Assembly (NCBI RefSeq): GCF_009914755.1
Contig: NC_060925.1
Length of the DNA stretch: 64,000 bases
Direction: 5' to 3' (one strand)
DNA from: the human T2T-CHM13v2.0 reference genome, Homo sapiens
Shown in pieces: positions 14,201-30,361 of this stretch. The notes beneath the pieces were generated by a model that was not told the DNA's origin, did not search any database, and saw nothing but the letters and a program-made list of their open reading frames with translations. The position numbers and the translations under genes are program-made. Position 1 is the first letter of the stretch. Each line of letters starts with the position of its first letter.

Positions 14201-17200
14201 TGGAAATGAATGGAATCATCATCGAATGGAATCGAATAGAATTATGGAATGAAATCCAGTGTGATCATCATCGAATGGACCCGAATGGAATCATCATCCA
14301 ACGGAAGCTAATGGAATCAACATCGAATGAATCAAATGGAAACACCATCGAATTGAAACGAATGGAATTATCATGAAATTGAAATGGATGGACTCATCAT
14401 CGAATGGATTCGAATGGAATCATCGAATAAAATTGATTGAAATCATCATCGAATGGAATCGAATGGTATCATTGAATGGAATCGAATGGAATCATCATCA
14501 GATGGAAATGAATGGAATCGTCATAGAATGGAATCGAATGGATTCATTGAATGGAATCAGATGGAATCATCGAATGGACTGGAATGGAATCATTGAATGG
14601 ACTCGAAAGGGATCATGATTGAATGGAATTGAATGGAATCATCGAATGGTCTCGATTGGAATCATTATCAAATGGAATCGAATGGAATCACCGAATAGAA
14701 TCGAATGGAACAATCATTGAATGGACTCAAATGGAATTATCCTCCAATGGAATCGAATGGAATTATCGAATGCAATCGAATGGAATTATCGAATGCAATC
14801 GAATAGAATCATCGAATGGACTCGACTGGAATCATCGAATGGAATGGAATGGAACAGTCAATGAACTCGAATGGAATCATCATTGAATGGAATCGAATGG
14901 AATCATCGAGTGGAATCGAATGGAATTATGATCAAATGGAATCGAATGTAATCATCATCAAATGGAATCAAAAATAACCATCATCAATTGGTATTGAATG
15001 GAATTGTCATCAAATGGAATTCAAAGGAATCATCGTCAAATGGAACCGAATGGAATCCTCATTGAATGGAAATGAAAGGGTTCATCATCTAATGGAATCG
15101 CATGGAATCATCATCAAATGGAATCGAATGGAATCATCATCAAATGGAATCTAATGGAATCATTGAACAGAATTGAATGGAATCGTCATCGAATGAATTG
15201 AATGCAATCATCGAATGGTCTCGAATGGAATCATCTTCTAATGGAAAGGAATGGAATCATCGCATAGAATCGAATGGAATTATCATCAAATGGAATCGAA
15301 TGGTATCAACACCAAACGGAAAAAAACGGAATTATCGAATGGAATCGAAGAGAATCTTCGAACGGACCCGAATGGAATCATCTAATGGAATGGAATGGAA
15401 TAATCCATGGACTCGAATGCAATCATCATCGAATGGAATCGAATGGAATCATCGAATGGACTCGAATGGAATAATCATTGAACGGAATCGAATGGAATCA
15501 TCATCGGATGGAAACGAATGGAATCATCATCGAATGGAAATGAAAGGAGTCATCATCTAATGGAATTGCATGGAATCATCATAAAATGGAATCGAATGGA
15601 ATCAACCTCAAATGGAATCAAATGGAATCATTGAACGGAATTGAATGGAATCGTCATCGAATGAATTGACTGCAATCATCGAATGGTCTCGAATGGAATC
15701 ATCTTCAAATGGAATGGAATGGAATCATCGCATAGAATCGAATGGAATTATCATCGAATGGAATCGAATGGAATCAACATCAAACGGAAAAAAACGGAAT
15801 TATCGAATGGAATCGAAGAGAATCATCGAATGGACCCGAATAGAATCATCTAATGGAATGGAATGGAATAATCCATGGACTCGAATGCAATCATCATCGA
15901 ATGGAATCGAATGGAATCATCGAATGGACTCGAATGGAATAATCATTGAACGGAATCGAATGGAATCATCATCGGATGGAAATGAATGGAATCATCATCG
16001 AATGGAATCGAATAGAATTATGGAATGAAATCCAGTGTGATCATCATCGAATGGACCCGAATGGAATCATCATCCAACGGAAGCTAATGGAATCAACATC
16101 GAATGAATCGAATGGAAACACCATCGAATTGAAACGAATGGAATTATCATGAAATTGAAATGGATGGACTCATCATCGAATGGATTCGAATGGAATCATC
16201 GAATAAAATTGATTGAAATCATCATCCAATGGAATCGAATGGTATCATTGAATGGAATCGAATGGAATCATCATCAGATGGAAATGAATGGAATCGTCAT
16301 AGAATGGAATCGAATGGATTCATTGAATGGAATCAGATGGAATCATCGAATGGACTGGAATGGAATCATTGAATGGACTCGAAAGGGATCATTATTGAAT
16401 GGAATTGAATGGAATCATCGAATGGTCTCGATTGGAATCATTATCAAATGGAATCGAATGGAATCACCGAATAGAATCGAATGGAACAATCATCGAATGG
16501 ACTCAAATGGAATTATCCTCAAATGGAATCGAATGGAATTATCGAATGCAATCGAATGGAATTATCGAATGCAATCGAATAGAATCATCGAATGGACTCG
16601 AATGGAATCATCGAATGGAATGGAATGGAACAGTCAATGAACTCGAATGGAATCATCATTGAATGGAATCGAATGGAATCATCGAGTGGAATCGAATGGA
16701 ATTATGATCAAATGGAATCGAATGTAATCATCATCAAATGGAATCAAAAATAACCATCATCAATTGCTATTGAATGGAATTGTCATCAAATGGAATTCAA
16801 AGGAATCATCATCAAATGGAACCGAATGGAATCCTCATTGAATGGAAATGAAAGGGGTCATCATCTAATGGAATCGCATGGAATCATCATCAAATGGAAT
16901 CGAATGGAATCATCATCAAATGGAATCTAATGGAATCATTGAACAGAATTGAATGGAATCGTCATCGAATGAATTGAATGCAATCATCGAATGGTCTCGA
17001 ATGGAATCATCTTCTAATGGAAAGGAATGGAATCATCGCATAGAAGCGAATGGAATTATCATCGAATGGAATCGAATGGTATCAACACCAAACGGAAAAA
17101 AACGGAATTATCGAATGGAATCGAAGAGAATCTTCGAACGGACCCGAATGGAATCATCTAATGGAATGGAATGGAATAATCCATGGACTCGAATGCAATC

Positions 17201-18940
17201 ATCATCGAATGGAATCGAATGGAATCATCGAATGGACTCGAATGGAATAATCATTGAACGGAATCGAATGGAATCATCATCGGATGGAAACGAATGGAAT
17301 CATCATCGAATGGAAATGAAAGGAGTCATCATCTAATGGAATTGCATGGAATCATCATAAAATGGAATCGAATGGAATCAACATCAAATGGAATCAAATG
17401 GAATCATTGAACGGAATTGAATGGAATCGTCATCGAATGAATTGACTGCAATCATCGAATGGTCTCGAATGGAATCATCTTCAAATGGAATGGAATGGAA
17501 TCATCGCATAGAATCGAATGGAATTATCATCGAATGGAATCGAATGGAATCAACATCAAACGGAAAAAAACGGAATTATCGAATGGAATCGAAGAGAATC
17601 ATCGAATGGACCCGAATGGAATCATCTAATGGAATGGAATGGAATAATCCATGGACTCGAATGCAATCATCATCGAATGGAATCGAATGGAATCATCGAA
17701 TGGACTCGAATGGAATAATCATTGAACGGAATCGAATGGAATCATCATCGGATGGAAATGAATGGAATCATCATCGAATGGAATCGAATAGAATTATGGA
17801 ATGAAATCCAGTGTGATCATCATCGAATGGACCCGAATGGAATCATCATCCAACGGAAGCTAATGGAATCAACATCGAATGAATCGAATGGAAACACCAT
17901 CGAATTGAAACGAATGGAATTATTATGAAATTGAAATGGATGGACTCATCATCGAATGGATTCGAATGGAATCATCGAATAAAATTGATTGAAATCATCA
18001 TCCAATGGAATCGAATGGTATCATTGAATGGAATCGAATGGAATCATAATCAGATGGAAATGAATGGAATCGTCATAGAATGGAATCGAATGGATTCATT
18101 GAATGGAATCAGATGGAATCATCGAATGGACTGGAATGGAATCATTGAATGGAATCGAAAGGGATCATAATTGAATGGAATTGAATGGAATCATCGAATG
18201 GTCTCGTTTGGAATCATTATCAAATGGAATCGAATGGAATCACCGAATAGAATCGAATGGAACAATCATCGAATGGACTCAAATGGAATTATCCTCAAAT
18301 GGAATCGAATGGAATTATCGAATGCAATCGAATGGAATTATCGAATGCAATCGAATAGAATCATCGAATGGACTCGAATGGAATCATCGAATGGAATGGA
18401 ATGGAACAGTCAATGAACTCGAATGGAATCATCATTGAATGGAATCGAATGGAATCATCGAGTGGAATCGAATGGAATTATGATCAAATGGAATCGAATG
18501 TAATCATCATCAAATGGAATCAAAAATAACCATCATCAATTGCTATTGAATGGAATTGTCATCAAATGGAATTCAAAGGAATCATCATCAAATGGAACCG
18601 AATGGAATCCTCATTGAATGGAAATGAAAGGGGTCATCATCTAATGGAATCGCATGGAATCATCATCAAATGGAATCGAATGGAATCATCATCAAATGGA
18701 ATCTAATGGAATCATTGAACAGAATTGAATGGAATCGTCATCGAATGAATTGAATGCAATCATCGAATGGTCTCGAATGGAATCATCTTCTAATGGAAAG
18801 GAATGGAATCATCGCATAGAATCGAATGGAATTATCATCGAATGGAATCGAATGGTATCAACACCAAACGGAAAAAAACGGAATTATCGAATTGAATCGA
18901 AGAGAATCTTCGAACGGACCCGAATGGAATCATCTAATGG
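8280..18940 (+). repeat. 10,661-bp six-unit block, copy 1 (boundaries about +/-50 bp)
   Basis: Rare variants recur at exactly +10,661, e.g. cgagtAgaat 13136/23797, the +5-bp units U8/U14, ggaatTTaat ~14089/~24750, agaaGcga ~17046/~27707 and cgaatTgaat 18893/29554. Confidence 0.92.
12592..14372 (+). repeat. 1,781-bp variant unit U8 (+5 bp)
   Basis: gaatggaatcgaatggaatggaacag at ~13056-13081 versus consensus gaatggaatggaatggaacag. Landmark spacing is 1,781. Confidence 0.9.
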
Positions 18941-21900
18941 AATGGAATGGAATAATCCATGGACTCGAATGCAATCATCATCGAATGGAATGGAATGGAA
19001 TCATCGAATGGACTCGAATGGAATAATCATTGAACGGAATCGAATGGAATCATCATCGGATGGAAACGAATGGAATCATCATCGAATGGAAATGAAAGGA
19101 GTCATCATCTAATGGAATTGCATGGAATCATCATAAAATGGAATCGAATGGAATCAACATCAAATGGAATCAAATGGAATCATTGAACGGAATTGAATGG
19201 AATCGTCATCGAATGAATTGACTGCAATCATCGAATGGTCTCGAATGGAATCATCTTCAAATGGAATGGAATGGAATCATCGCATAGAATCGAATGGAAT
19301 TATCATCGAATGGAATCGAATGGAATCAACATCAAACGGAAAAAAACGGAATTATCGAATGGAATCGAAGAGAATCATCGAATGGACCCGAATGGAATCA
19401 TCTAATGGAATGGAATGGAATAATCCATGGACTCGAATGCAATCATCATCGAATGGAATCGAATGGAATCATCGAATGGACTCGAATGGAATAATCATTG
19501 AACGGAATCGAATGGAATCATCATCGGATGGAAATGAATGGAATCATCATCGAATGGAATCGAATAGAATTATGGAATGAAATCCAGTGTGATCATCATC
19601 GAATGGACCCGAATGGAATCATCATCCAACGGAAGCTAATGGAATCAACATCGAATGAATCGAATGGAAACACCATCGAATTGAAACGAATGGAATTATT
19701 ATGAAATTGAAATGGATGGACTCATCATCGAATGGATTCGAATGGAAACATCGAATAAAATTGATTGAAATCATCATCCAATGGAATCGAATGGTATCAT
19801 TGAATGGAATCGAATGGAATCATCATCAGATGGAAATGAATGGAATCGTCATAGAATGGAATCGAATGGATTCATTGAATGGAATCAGATGGAATCATCG
19901 AATGGACTGGAATGGAATCATTGAATGGACTCGAAAGGGATCATGATTGAATGGAATTGAATGGAATCATCGAATGGTCTCGATTGGAATCATTATCAAA
20001 TGGAATCGAATGGAATCACCGAATAGAATCGAATGGAACAATCATCGAATGGACTCAAATGGAATTATCCTCAAATGGAATCGAATGGAATTATCGAATG
20101 CAATCGAATGGAATTATCGAATGCAATCGAATAGAATCATCGAAAGGACTCGAATGGAATCATCGAATGGAATGGAATGGAACAGTCAATGAACTCGAAT
20201 GGAATCATCATTGAATGGAATCGAATGGAATCATCGAGTGGAATCGAATGGAATTATGATCAAATGGAATCGAATGTAATCATCATCAAATGGAATCAAA
20301 AATAACCATCATCAATTGGTATTGAATGGAATTGTCATCAAATGGAATTCAAAGGAATCATCATCAAATGGAACCGAATGGAATCCTCATTGAATGGAAA
20401 TGAAAGGGGTCATCATCTAATGGAATCGCATGGAATCATCATCAAATGGAATAGAATGGAATCATCATCAAATGGAATCTAATGGAATCATTGAACAGAA
20501 TTGAATGGAATCGTCATCGAATGAATTGAATGCAATCATCGAATGGTCTCGAATGGAATCATCTTCTAATGGAAAGGAATGGAATCATCGCATAGAATCG
20601 AATGGAATTATCATCGAATGGAATCGAATGGTATCAACACCAAACGGAAAAAAACGGAATTATCGAATGGAATCGAAGAGAATCTTCGAACGGACCCGAA
20701 TGGAATCATCTAATGGAATGGAATGGAATAATCCATGGACTCGAATGCAATCATCATCGAATGGAATCGAATGGAATCATCGAATGGACTCGAATGGAAT
20801 AATCATTGAACGGAATCGAATGGAATCATCATCGGATGGAAACGAATGGAATCATCATCGAATGGAAATGAAAGGAGTCATCATCTAATGGAATTGCATG
20901 GAATCATCATAAAATGGAATCGAATGGAATCAACATCAAATGGAATCAAATGGAATCATTGAACGGAATTGAATGGAATCGTCATCGAATGAATTGACTG
21001 CAATCATCGAATGGTCTCGAATGGAATCATCTTCAAATGGAATGGAATGGAATCATCGCATAGAATCGAATGGAATTATCATCGAATGGAATCGAATGGA
21101 ATCAACATCAAACGGAAAAAAACAGAATTATCATATGGAATCGAAGAGAATCATCGAAGGGACCCGAATGGAATCATCTAATGGAATGGAATGGAATAAT
21201 CCATGGACTCGAATGCAATCATCATCGAATGGAATCGAATGGAATCATCGAATGGACTCGAATGGAATAATCATTGAACGGAATCGAATGGAATCATCAT
21301 CGGATGGAAATGAATGGAATCATCATCGAATGGAATCGAATAGAATTATGGAATGAAATCCAGTGTGATCATCATCGAATGGACCCGAATGGAATCATCA
21401 TCCAACGGAAGCTAATGGAATCAACATCGAATGAATCGAATGGAAACACCATCGAATTGAAACGAATGGAATTATCATGAAATTGAAATGGATGGACTCA
21501 TCATCGAATGGATTCGAATGGAATCATCGAATAAAATTGATTGAAATCATCATCCAATGGAATCGAATGGTATCATTGAATGGAATCGAATGGAATCATC
21601 ATCAGATGGAAATGAATGGAATCGTCATAGAATGGAATCGAATGGATTCATTGAATGGAATCAGATGGAATCATCGAATGGACTGGAATGGAATCATTGA
21701 ATGGACTCGAAAGGGATCATTATTGAATGGAATTGAATGGAATCATCGAATGGTCTCGATTGGAATCATTATCAAATGGAATCGAATGGAATCACCGAAC
21801 AGAATCGAATGGAACAATCATCGAATGGACTCAAATGGAATTATCCTCCAATGGAATCGAATGGAATTATCGAATGCAATCGAATGGAATTATCGAATGC

Positions 21901-24900
21901 AATCGAATAGAATCATCGAATGGACTCGAATGGAATCATCGAATGGAATGGAATGGAACAGTCAATGAACTCGAATGGAATCATCATTGAATGGAATCGA
22001 ATGGAATCATCGAGTGGAATCGAATGGAATTATGATCAAATGGAATCGAATGTAATCATCATCAAATGGAATCAAAAATAACCATCATCAATTGGTATTG
22101 AATGGAATTGTCATCAAATGGAATTCAAAGGAATCATCATCAAATGGAACCGAATGGAATCCTCATTGAATGGAAATGAAAGGGGTCATCATCTAATGGA
22201 ATCGCATGGAATCATCATCAAATGGAATCGAATGGAATCATCATCAAATGGAATCTAATGGAATCATTGAACAGAATTGAATGGAATCGTCATCGAATGA
22301 ATTGAATGCAATCATCGAATGGTCTCGAATGGAATCATCTTCTAATGGAAAGGAATGGAATCATCGCATAGAATCGAATGGAATTATCATCAAATGGAAT
22401 CGAATGGTATCAACACCAAACGGAAAAAAACGGAATTATCGAATGGAATCGAACAGAATCTTCGAACGGACCCGAATGGAATCATCTAATGGAATGGAAT
22501 GGAATAATCCATGGACTCGAATGCAATCATCATCGAATGGAATGGAATGGAATCATCGAATGGACTCGAATGGAATAATCATTGAACGGAATCGAATGGA
22601 ATCATCATCGGATGGAAACGAATGGAATCATCATCGAATGGAAATGAAAGGAGTCATCATCTAATGGAATTGCATGGAATCATCATAAAATGGAATCGAA
22701 TGGAATCAACATCAAATGGAATCAAATGGAATCATTGAACGGAATTGAATGGAATCGTCATCGAATGAATTGACTGCAATCATCCAATGGTCTCGAATGG
22801 AATCATCTTCAAATGGAATGGAATGGAATCATCGCATAGAATCGAATGGAATTATCATCGAATGGAATCGAATGGAATCAACATCCAACGGAAAAAAACG
22901 GAATTATCGAATGGAATCGAAGAGAATCATCGAATGGACCCGAATGGAATCATCTAATGGAATGGAATGGAATAATCCATGGACTCGAATGCAATCATCA
23001 TCGAATGGAATCGAATGGAATCATCGAATGGACTCGAATGGAATAATCATTGAACGGAATCGAATGGAATCATCATCGGATGGAAATGAATGGAATCATC
23101 ATCGAATGGAATCGAATAGAATTATGGAATGAAATCCAGTGTGATCATCATCGAATGGACCCGAATGGAATCATCATCCAACGGAAGCTAATGGAATCAA
23201 CATCGAATGAATCGAATGGAAACACCATCGAATTGAAACGAATGGAATTATCATGAAATTGAAATGGATGGACTCATCATCGAATGGATTCGAATGGAAT
23301 CATCGAATAAAATTGATTGAAATCATCATCGAATGGAATCGAATGGTATCATTGAATGGAATCGAATGGAATCATCATCAGATGGAAATGAATGGAATCG
23401 TCATAGAATGGAATCGAATGGATTCATTGAATGGAATCAGATGGAATCATCGAATGGACTGGAATGGAATCATTGAATGGACTCGAAAGGGATCATGATT
23501 GAATGGAATTGAATGGAATCATCGAATGGTCTCGATTGGAATCATTATCAAATGGAATCGAATGGAATCACCGAATAGAATCGAATGGAACAATCATCGA
23601 ATGGACTCAAATGGAATTATCCTCAAATGGAATCGAATGGAATTATCGAATGCAATCGAATGGAATTATCGAATGCAATCGAATAGAATCATCGAATGGA
23701 CTCGAATGGAATCATCGAATGGAATCGAATGGAATGGAACAGTCAATGAACTCGAATGGAATCATCATTGAATGGAATCGAATGGAATCATCGAGTAGAA
23801 TCGAATGGAATTATGATCAAATGGAATCGAATGTAATCATCATCAAATGGAATCAAAAATAACCATCATCAATTGGTATTGAATGGAATTGTCATCAAAT
23901 GGAATTCAAAGGAATCATCATCAAATGGAACCGAATGGAATCCTCATTGAATGGAAATGAAAGGGGTCATCATCTAATGGAATCGCATGGAATCATCATC
24001 AAATGGAATCGAATGGAATCATCATCAAATGGAATCTAATGGAATCATTGAACAGAATTGAATGGAATCGTCATCGAATGAATTGAATGCAATCATCGAA
24101 TGGTCTCGAATGGAATCATCTTCTAATGGAAAGGAATGGAATCATCGCATAGAATCCAATGGAATTATCATCGAATGGAATCGAATGGTATCAACACCAA
24201 ACGGAAAAAAACGGAATTATCGAATGGAATCGAAGAGAATCTTCGAACGGACCCGAATGGAATCATCTAATGGAATGGAATGGAATAATCCATGGACTCG
24301 AATGCAATCATCATCGAATGGAATCGAATGGAATCATCGAATGGACTCGAATGGAATAATCATTGAACGGAATCGAATGGAATCATCATCGGATGGAAAC
24401 GAATGGAATCATCATCGAATGGAAATGAAAGGAGTCATCATCTAATGGAATTGCATGGAATCATCATAAAATGGAATCGAATGGAATCAACATCAAATGG
24501 AATCAAATGGAATCATTGAACGGAATTGAATGGAATCGTCATCGAATGAATTGACTGCAATCATCCAATGGTCTCGAATGGAATCATCTTCAAATGGAAT
24601 GGAATGGAATCATCGCATAGAATCGAATGGAATTATCATCGAATGGAATCGAATGGAATCAACATCAAACGGAAAAAAACGGAATTATCGAATGGAATCG
24701 AAGAGAATCATCGAATGGACCCGAATGGAATCATCTAATGGAATGGAATTTAATAATCCATGGACTCGAATGCAATCATCATCGAATGGAATCGAATGGA
24801 ATCATCGAATGTACTCGAATGGAATAATCATTGAACGGAATCGAATGGAATCATCATCGGATGGAAATGAATGGAATCATCATCGAATGGAATCGAATAG

Positions 24901-27900
24901 AATTATGGAATGAAATCCAGTGTGATCATCATCGAATGGACCCGAATGGAATCATCATCCAACGGAAGCTAATGGAATCAACATCGAATGAATCAAATGG
25001 AAACACCATCGAATTGAAACGAATGGAATTATCATGAAATTGAAATGGATGGACTCATCATCGAATGGATTCGAATGGAATCATCGAATAAAATTGATTG
25101 AAATCATCATCGAATGGAATCGAATGGTATCATTGAATGGAATCGAATGGAATCATCATCAGATGGAAATGAATGGAATCGTCATAGAATGGAATCGAAT
25201 GGATTCATTGAATGGAATCAGATGGAATCATCGAATGGACTGGAATGGAATCATTGAATGGACTCGAAAGGGATCATGATTGAATGGAATTGAATGGAAT
25301 CATCGAATGGTCTCGATTGGAATCATTATCAAATGGAATCGAATGGAATCACCGAATAGAATCGAATGGAACAATCATTGAATGGACTCAAATGGAATTA
25401 TCCTCCAATGGAATCGAATGGAATTATCGAATGCAATCGAATGGAATTATCGAATGCAATCGAATAGAATCATCGAATGGACTCGAATGGAATCATCGAA
25501 TGGAATGGAATGGAACAGTCAATGAACTCGAATGGAATCATCATTGAATGGAATCGAATGGAATCATCGAGTGGAATCGAATGGAATTATGATCAAATGG
25601 AATCGAATGTAATCATCATCAAATGGAATCAAAAATAACCATCATCAATTGGTATTGAATGGAATTGTCATCAAATGGAATTCAAAGGAATCATCGTCAA
25701 ATGGAACCGAATGGAATCCTCATTGAATGGAAATGAAAGGGTTCATCATCTAATGGAATCGCATGGAATCATCATCAAATGGAATCGAATGGAATCATCA
25801 TCAAATGGAATCTAATGGAATCATTGAACAGAATTGAATGGAATCGTCATCGAATGAATTGAATGCAATCATCGAATGGTCTCGAATGGAATCATCTTCT
25901 AATGGAAAGGAATGGAATCATCGCATAGAATCGAATGGAATTATCATCGAATGGAATCGAATGGTATCAACACCAAACGGAAAAAAACGGAATTATCGAA
26001 TGGAATCGAAGAGAATCTTCGAACGGACCCGAATGGAATCATCTAATGGAATGGAATGGAATAATCCATGGACTCGAATGCAATCATCATCGAATGGAAT
26101 CGAATGGAATCATCGAATGGACTCGAATGGAATAATCATTGAACGGAATCGAATGGAATCATCATCGGATGGAAACGAATGGAATCATCATCGAATGGAA
26201 ATGAAAGGAGTCATCATCTAATGGAATTGCATGGAATCATCATAAAATGGAATCGAATGGAATCAACATCAAATGGAATCAAATGGAATCATTGAACGGA
26301 ATTGAATGGAATCGTCATCGAATGAATTGACTGCAATCATCGAATGGTCTCGAATGGAATCATCTTCAAATGGAATGGAATGGAATCATCGCATAGAATC
26401 GAATGGAATTATCATCGAATGGAATCGAATGGAATCAACATCAAACGGAAAAAAACGGAATTATCGAATGGAATCGAAGAGAATCATCGAATGGACCCGA
26501 ATAGAATCATCTAATGGAATGGAATGGAATAATCCATGGACTCGAATGCAATCATCATCGAATGGAATCGAATGGAATCATCGAATGGACTCGAATGGAA
26601 TAATCATTGAACGGAATCGAATGGAATCATCATCGGATGGAAATGAATGGAATCATCATCGAATGGAATCGAATAGAATTATGGAATGAAATCCAGTGTG
26701 ATCATCATCGAATGGACCCGAATGGAATCATCATCCAACGGAAGCTAATGGAATCAACATCGAATGAATCGAATGGAAACACCATCGAATTGAAACGAAT
26801 GGAATTATCATGAAATTGAAATGGATGGACTCATCATCGAATGGATTCGAATGGAATCATCGAATAAAATTGATTGAAATCATCATCCAATGGAATCGAA
26901 TGGTATCATTGAATGGAATCGAATGGAATCATCATCAGATGGAAATGAATGGAATCGTCATAGAATGGAATCGAATGGATTCATTGAATGGAATCAGATG
27001 GAATCATCGAATGGACTGGAATGGAATCATTGAATGGACTCGAAAGGGATCATTATTGAATGGAATTGAATGGAATCATCGAATGGTCTCGATTGGAATC
27101 ATTATCAAATGGAATCGAATGGAATCACCGAATAGAATCGAATGGAACAATCATCGAATGGACTCAAATGGAATTATCCTCAAATGGAATCGAATGGAAT
27201 TATCGAATGCAATCGAATGGAATTATCGAATGCAATCGAATAGAATCATCGAATGGACTCGAATGGAATCATCGAATGGAATGGAATGGAACAGTCAATG
27301 AACTCGAATGGAATCATCATTGAATGGAATCGAATGGAATCATCGAGTGGAATCGAATGGAATTATGATCAAATGGAATCGAATGTAATCATCATCAAAT
27401 GGAATCAAAAATAACCATCATCAATTGCTATTGAATGGAATTGTCATCAAATGGAATTCAAAGGAATCATCATCAAATGGAACCGAATGGAATCCTCATT
27501 GAATGGAAATGAAAGGGGTCATCATCTAATGGAATCGCATGGAATCATCATCAAATGGAATCGAATGGAATCATCATCAAATGGAATCTAATGGAATCAT
27601 TGAACAGAATTGAATGGAATCGTCATCGAATGAATTGAATGCAATCATCGAATGGTCTCGAATGGAATCATCTTCTAATGGAAAGGAATGGAATCATCGC
27701 ATAGAAGCGAATGGAATTATCATCGAATGGAATCGAATGGTATCAACACCAAACGGAAAAAAACGGAATTATCGAATGGAATCGAAGAGAATCTTCGAAC
27801 GGACCCGAATGGAATCATCTAATGGAATGGAATGGAATAATCCATGGACTCGAATGCAATCATCATCGAATGGAATCGAATGGAATCATCGAATGGACTC

Positions 27901-29601
27901 GAATGGAATAATCATTGAACGGAATCGAATGGAATCATCATCGGATGGAAACGAATGGAATCATCATCGAATGGAAATGAAAGGAGTCATCATCTAATGG
28001 AATTGCATGGAATCATCATAAAATGGAATCGAATGGAATCAACATCAAATGGAATCAAATGGAATCATTGAACGGAATTGAATGGAATCGTCATCGAATG
28101 AATTGACTGCAATCATCGAATGGTCTCGAATGGAATCATCTTCAAATGGAATGGAATGGAATCATCGCATAGAATCGAATGGAATTATCATCGAATGGAA
28201 TCGAATGGAATCAACATCAAACGGAAAAAAACGGAATTATCGAATGGAATCGAAGAGAATCATCGAATGGACCCGAATGGAATCATCTAATGGAATGGAA
28301 TGGAATAATCCATGGACTCGAATGCAATCATCATCGAATGGAATCGAATGGAATCATCGAATGGACTCGAATGGAATAATCATTGAACGGAATCGAATGG
28401 AATCATCATCGGATGGAAATGAATGGAATCATCATCGAATGGAATCGAATAGAATTATGGAATGAAATCCAGTGTGATCATCATCGAATGGACCCGAATG
28501 GAATCATCATCCAACGGAAGCTAATGGAATCAACATCGAATGAATCGAATGGAAACACCATCGAATTGAAACGAATGGAATTATTATGAAATTGAAATGG
28601 ATGGACTCATCATCGAATGGATTCGAATGGAATCATCGAATAAAATTGATTGAAATCATCATCCAATGGAATCGAATGGTATCATTGAATGGAATCGAAT
28701 GGAATCATAATCAGATGGAAATGAATGGAATCGTCATAGAATGGAATCGAATGGAATCATTGAATGGAATCAGATGGAATCATCGAATGGACTGGAATGG
28801 AATCATTGAATGGAATCGAAAGGGATCATAATTGAATGGAATTGAATGGAATCATCGAATGGTCTCGTTTGGAATCATTATCAAATGGAATCGAATGGAA
28901 TCACCGAATAGAATCGAATGGAACAATCATCGAATGGACTCAAATGGAATTATCCTCAAATGGAATCGAATGGAATTATCGAATGCAATCGAATGGAATT
29001 ATCGAATGCAATCGAATAGAATCATCGAATGGACTCGAATGGAATCATCGAATGGAATGGAATGGAACAGTCAATGAACTCGAATGGAATCATCATTGAA
29101 TGGAATCGAATGGAATCATCGAGTGGAATCGAATGGAATTATGATCAAATGGAATCGAATGTAATCATCATCAAATGGAATCAAAAATAACCATCATCAA
29201 TTGCTATTGAATGGAATTGTCATCAAATGGAATTCAAAGGAATCATCATCAAATGGAACCGAATGGAATCCTCATTGAATGGAAATGAAAGGGGTCATCA
29301 TCTAATGGAATCGCATGGAATCATCATCAAATGGAATCGAATGGAATCATCATCAAATGGAATCTAATGGAATCATTGAACAGAATTGAATGGAATCGTC
29401 ATCGAATGAATTGAATGCAATCATCGAATGGTCTCGAATGGAATCATCTTCTAATGGAAAGGAATGGAATCATCGCATAGAATCGAATGGAATTATCATC
29501 GAATGGAATCGAATGGTATCAACACCAAACGGAAAAAAACGGAATTATCGAATTGAATCGAAGAGAATCTTCGAACGGACCCGAATGGAATCATCTAATG
29601 G
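18941..29601 (+). repeat. 10,661-bp six-unit block, copy 2 (tandem duplicate)
   Basis: U12-U17 reproduce the private variants of U6-U11 in the same order. The junction is bracketed by markers at 18893 and 18992. Confidence 0.92.
23253..25033 (+). repeat. 1,781-bp variant unit U14 (+5 bp), duplicate of U8
   Basis: Same extra pentamer at ~23717-23742. Landmark spacing is 1,781. Confidence 0.9.
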
Positions 29602-30361
29602 AATGGAATGGAATAATCCATGGACTCGAATGCAATCATCATCGAATGGAATCGAATGGAATCATCGAATGGACTCGAATGGAATAATCATTGAACGGAA
29701 TCGAATGGAATCATCATCGGATGGAAACGAATGGAATCATCATCGAATGGAAATGAAAGGAGTCATCATCTAATGGAATTGCATGGAATCATCATAAAAT
29801 GGAATCGAATGGAATCAACATCAAATGGAATCAAATGGAATCATTGAACGGAATTGAATGGAATCGTCATCGAATGAATTGACTGCAATCATCCAATGGT
29901 CTCGAATGGAATCATCTTCAAATGGAATGGAATGGAATCATCGCATAGAATCGAATGGAATTATCATCGAATGGAATCGAATGGAATCAACATCAAACGG
30001 AAAAAAACGGAATTATCGAATGGAATCGAAGAGAATCATCGAATGGACCCGAATGGAATCATCTAATGGAATGGAATGGAATAATCCATGGACTCGAATG
30101 CAATCATCATCGAATGGAATCGAATGGAATCATCGAATGGACTCGAATGGAATAATCATTGAACGGAATCGAATGGAATCATCATCGGATGGAAATGAAT
30201 GGAATCATCATCGAATGGAATCGAATAGAATTATGGAATGAAATCCAGTGTGATCATCATCGAATGGACCCGAATGGAATCATCATCCAACGGAAGCTAA
30301 TGGAATCAACATCGAATGAATCGAATGGAAACACCATCGAATTGAAACGAATGGAATTATC

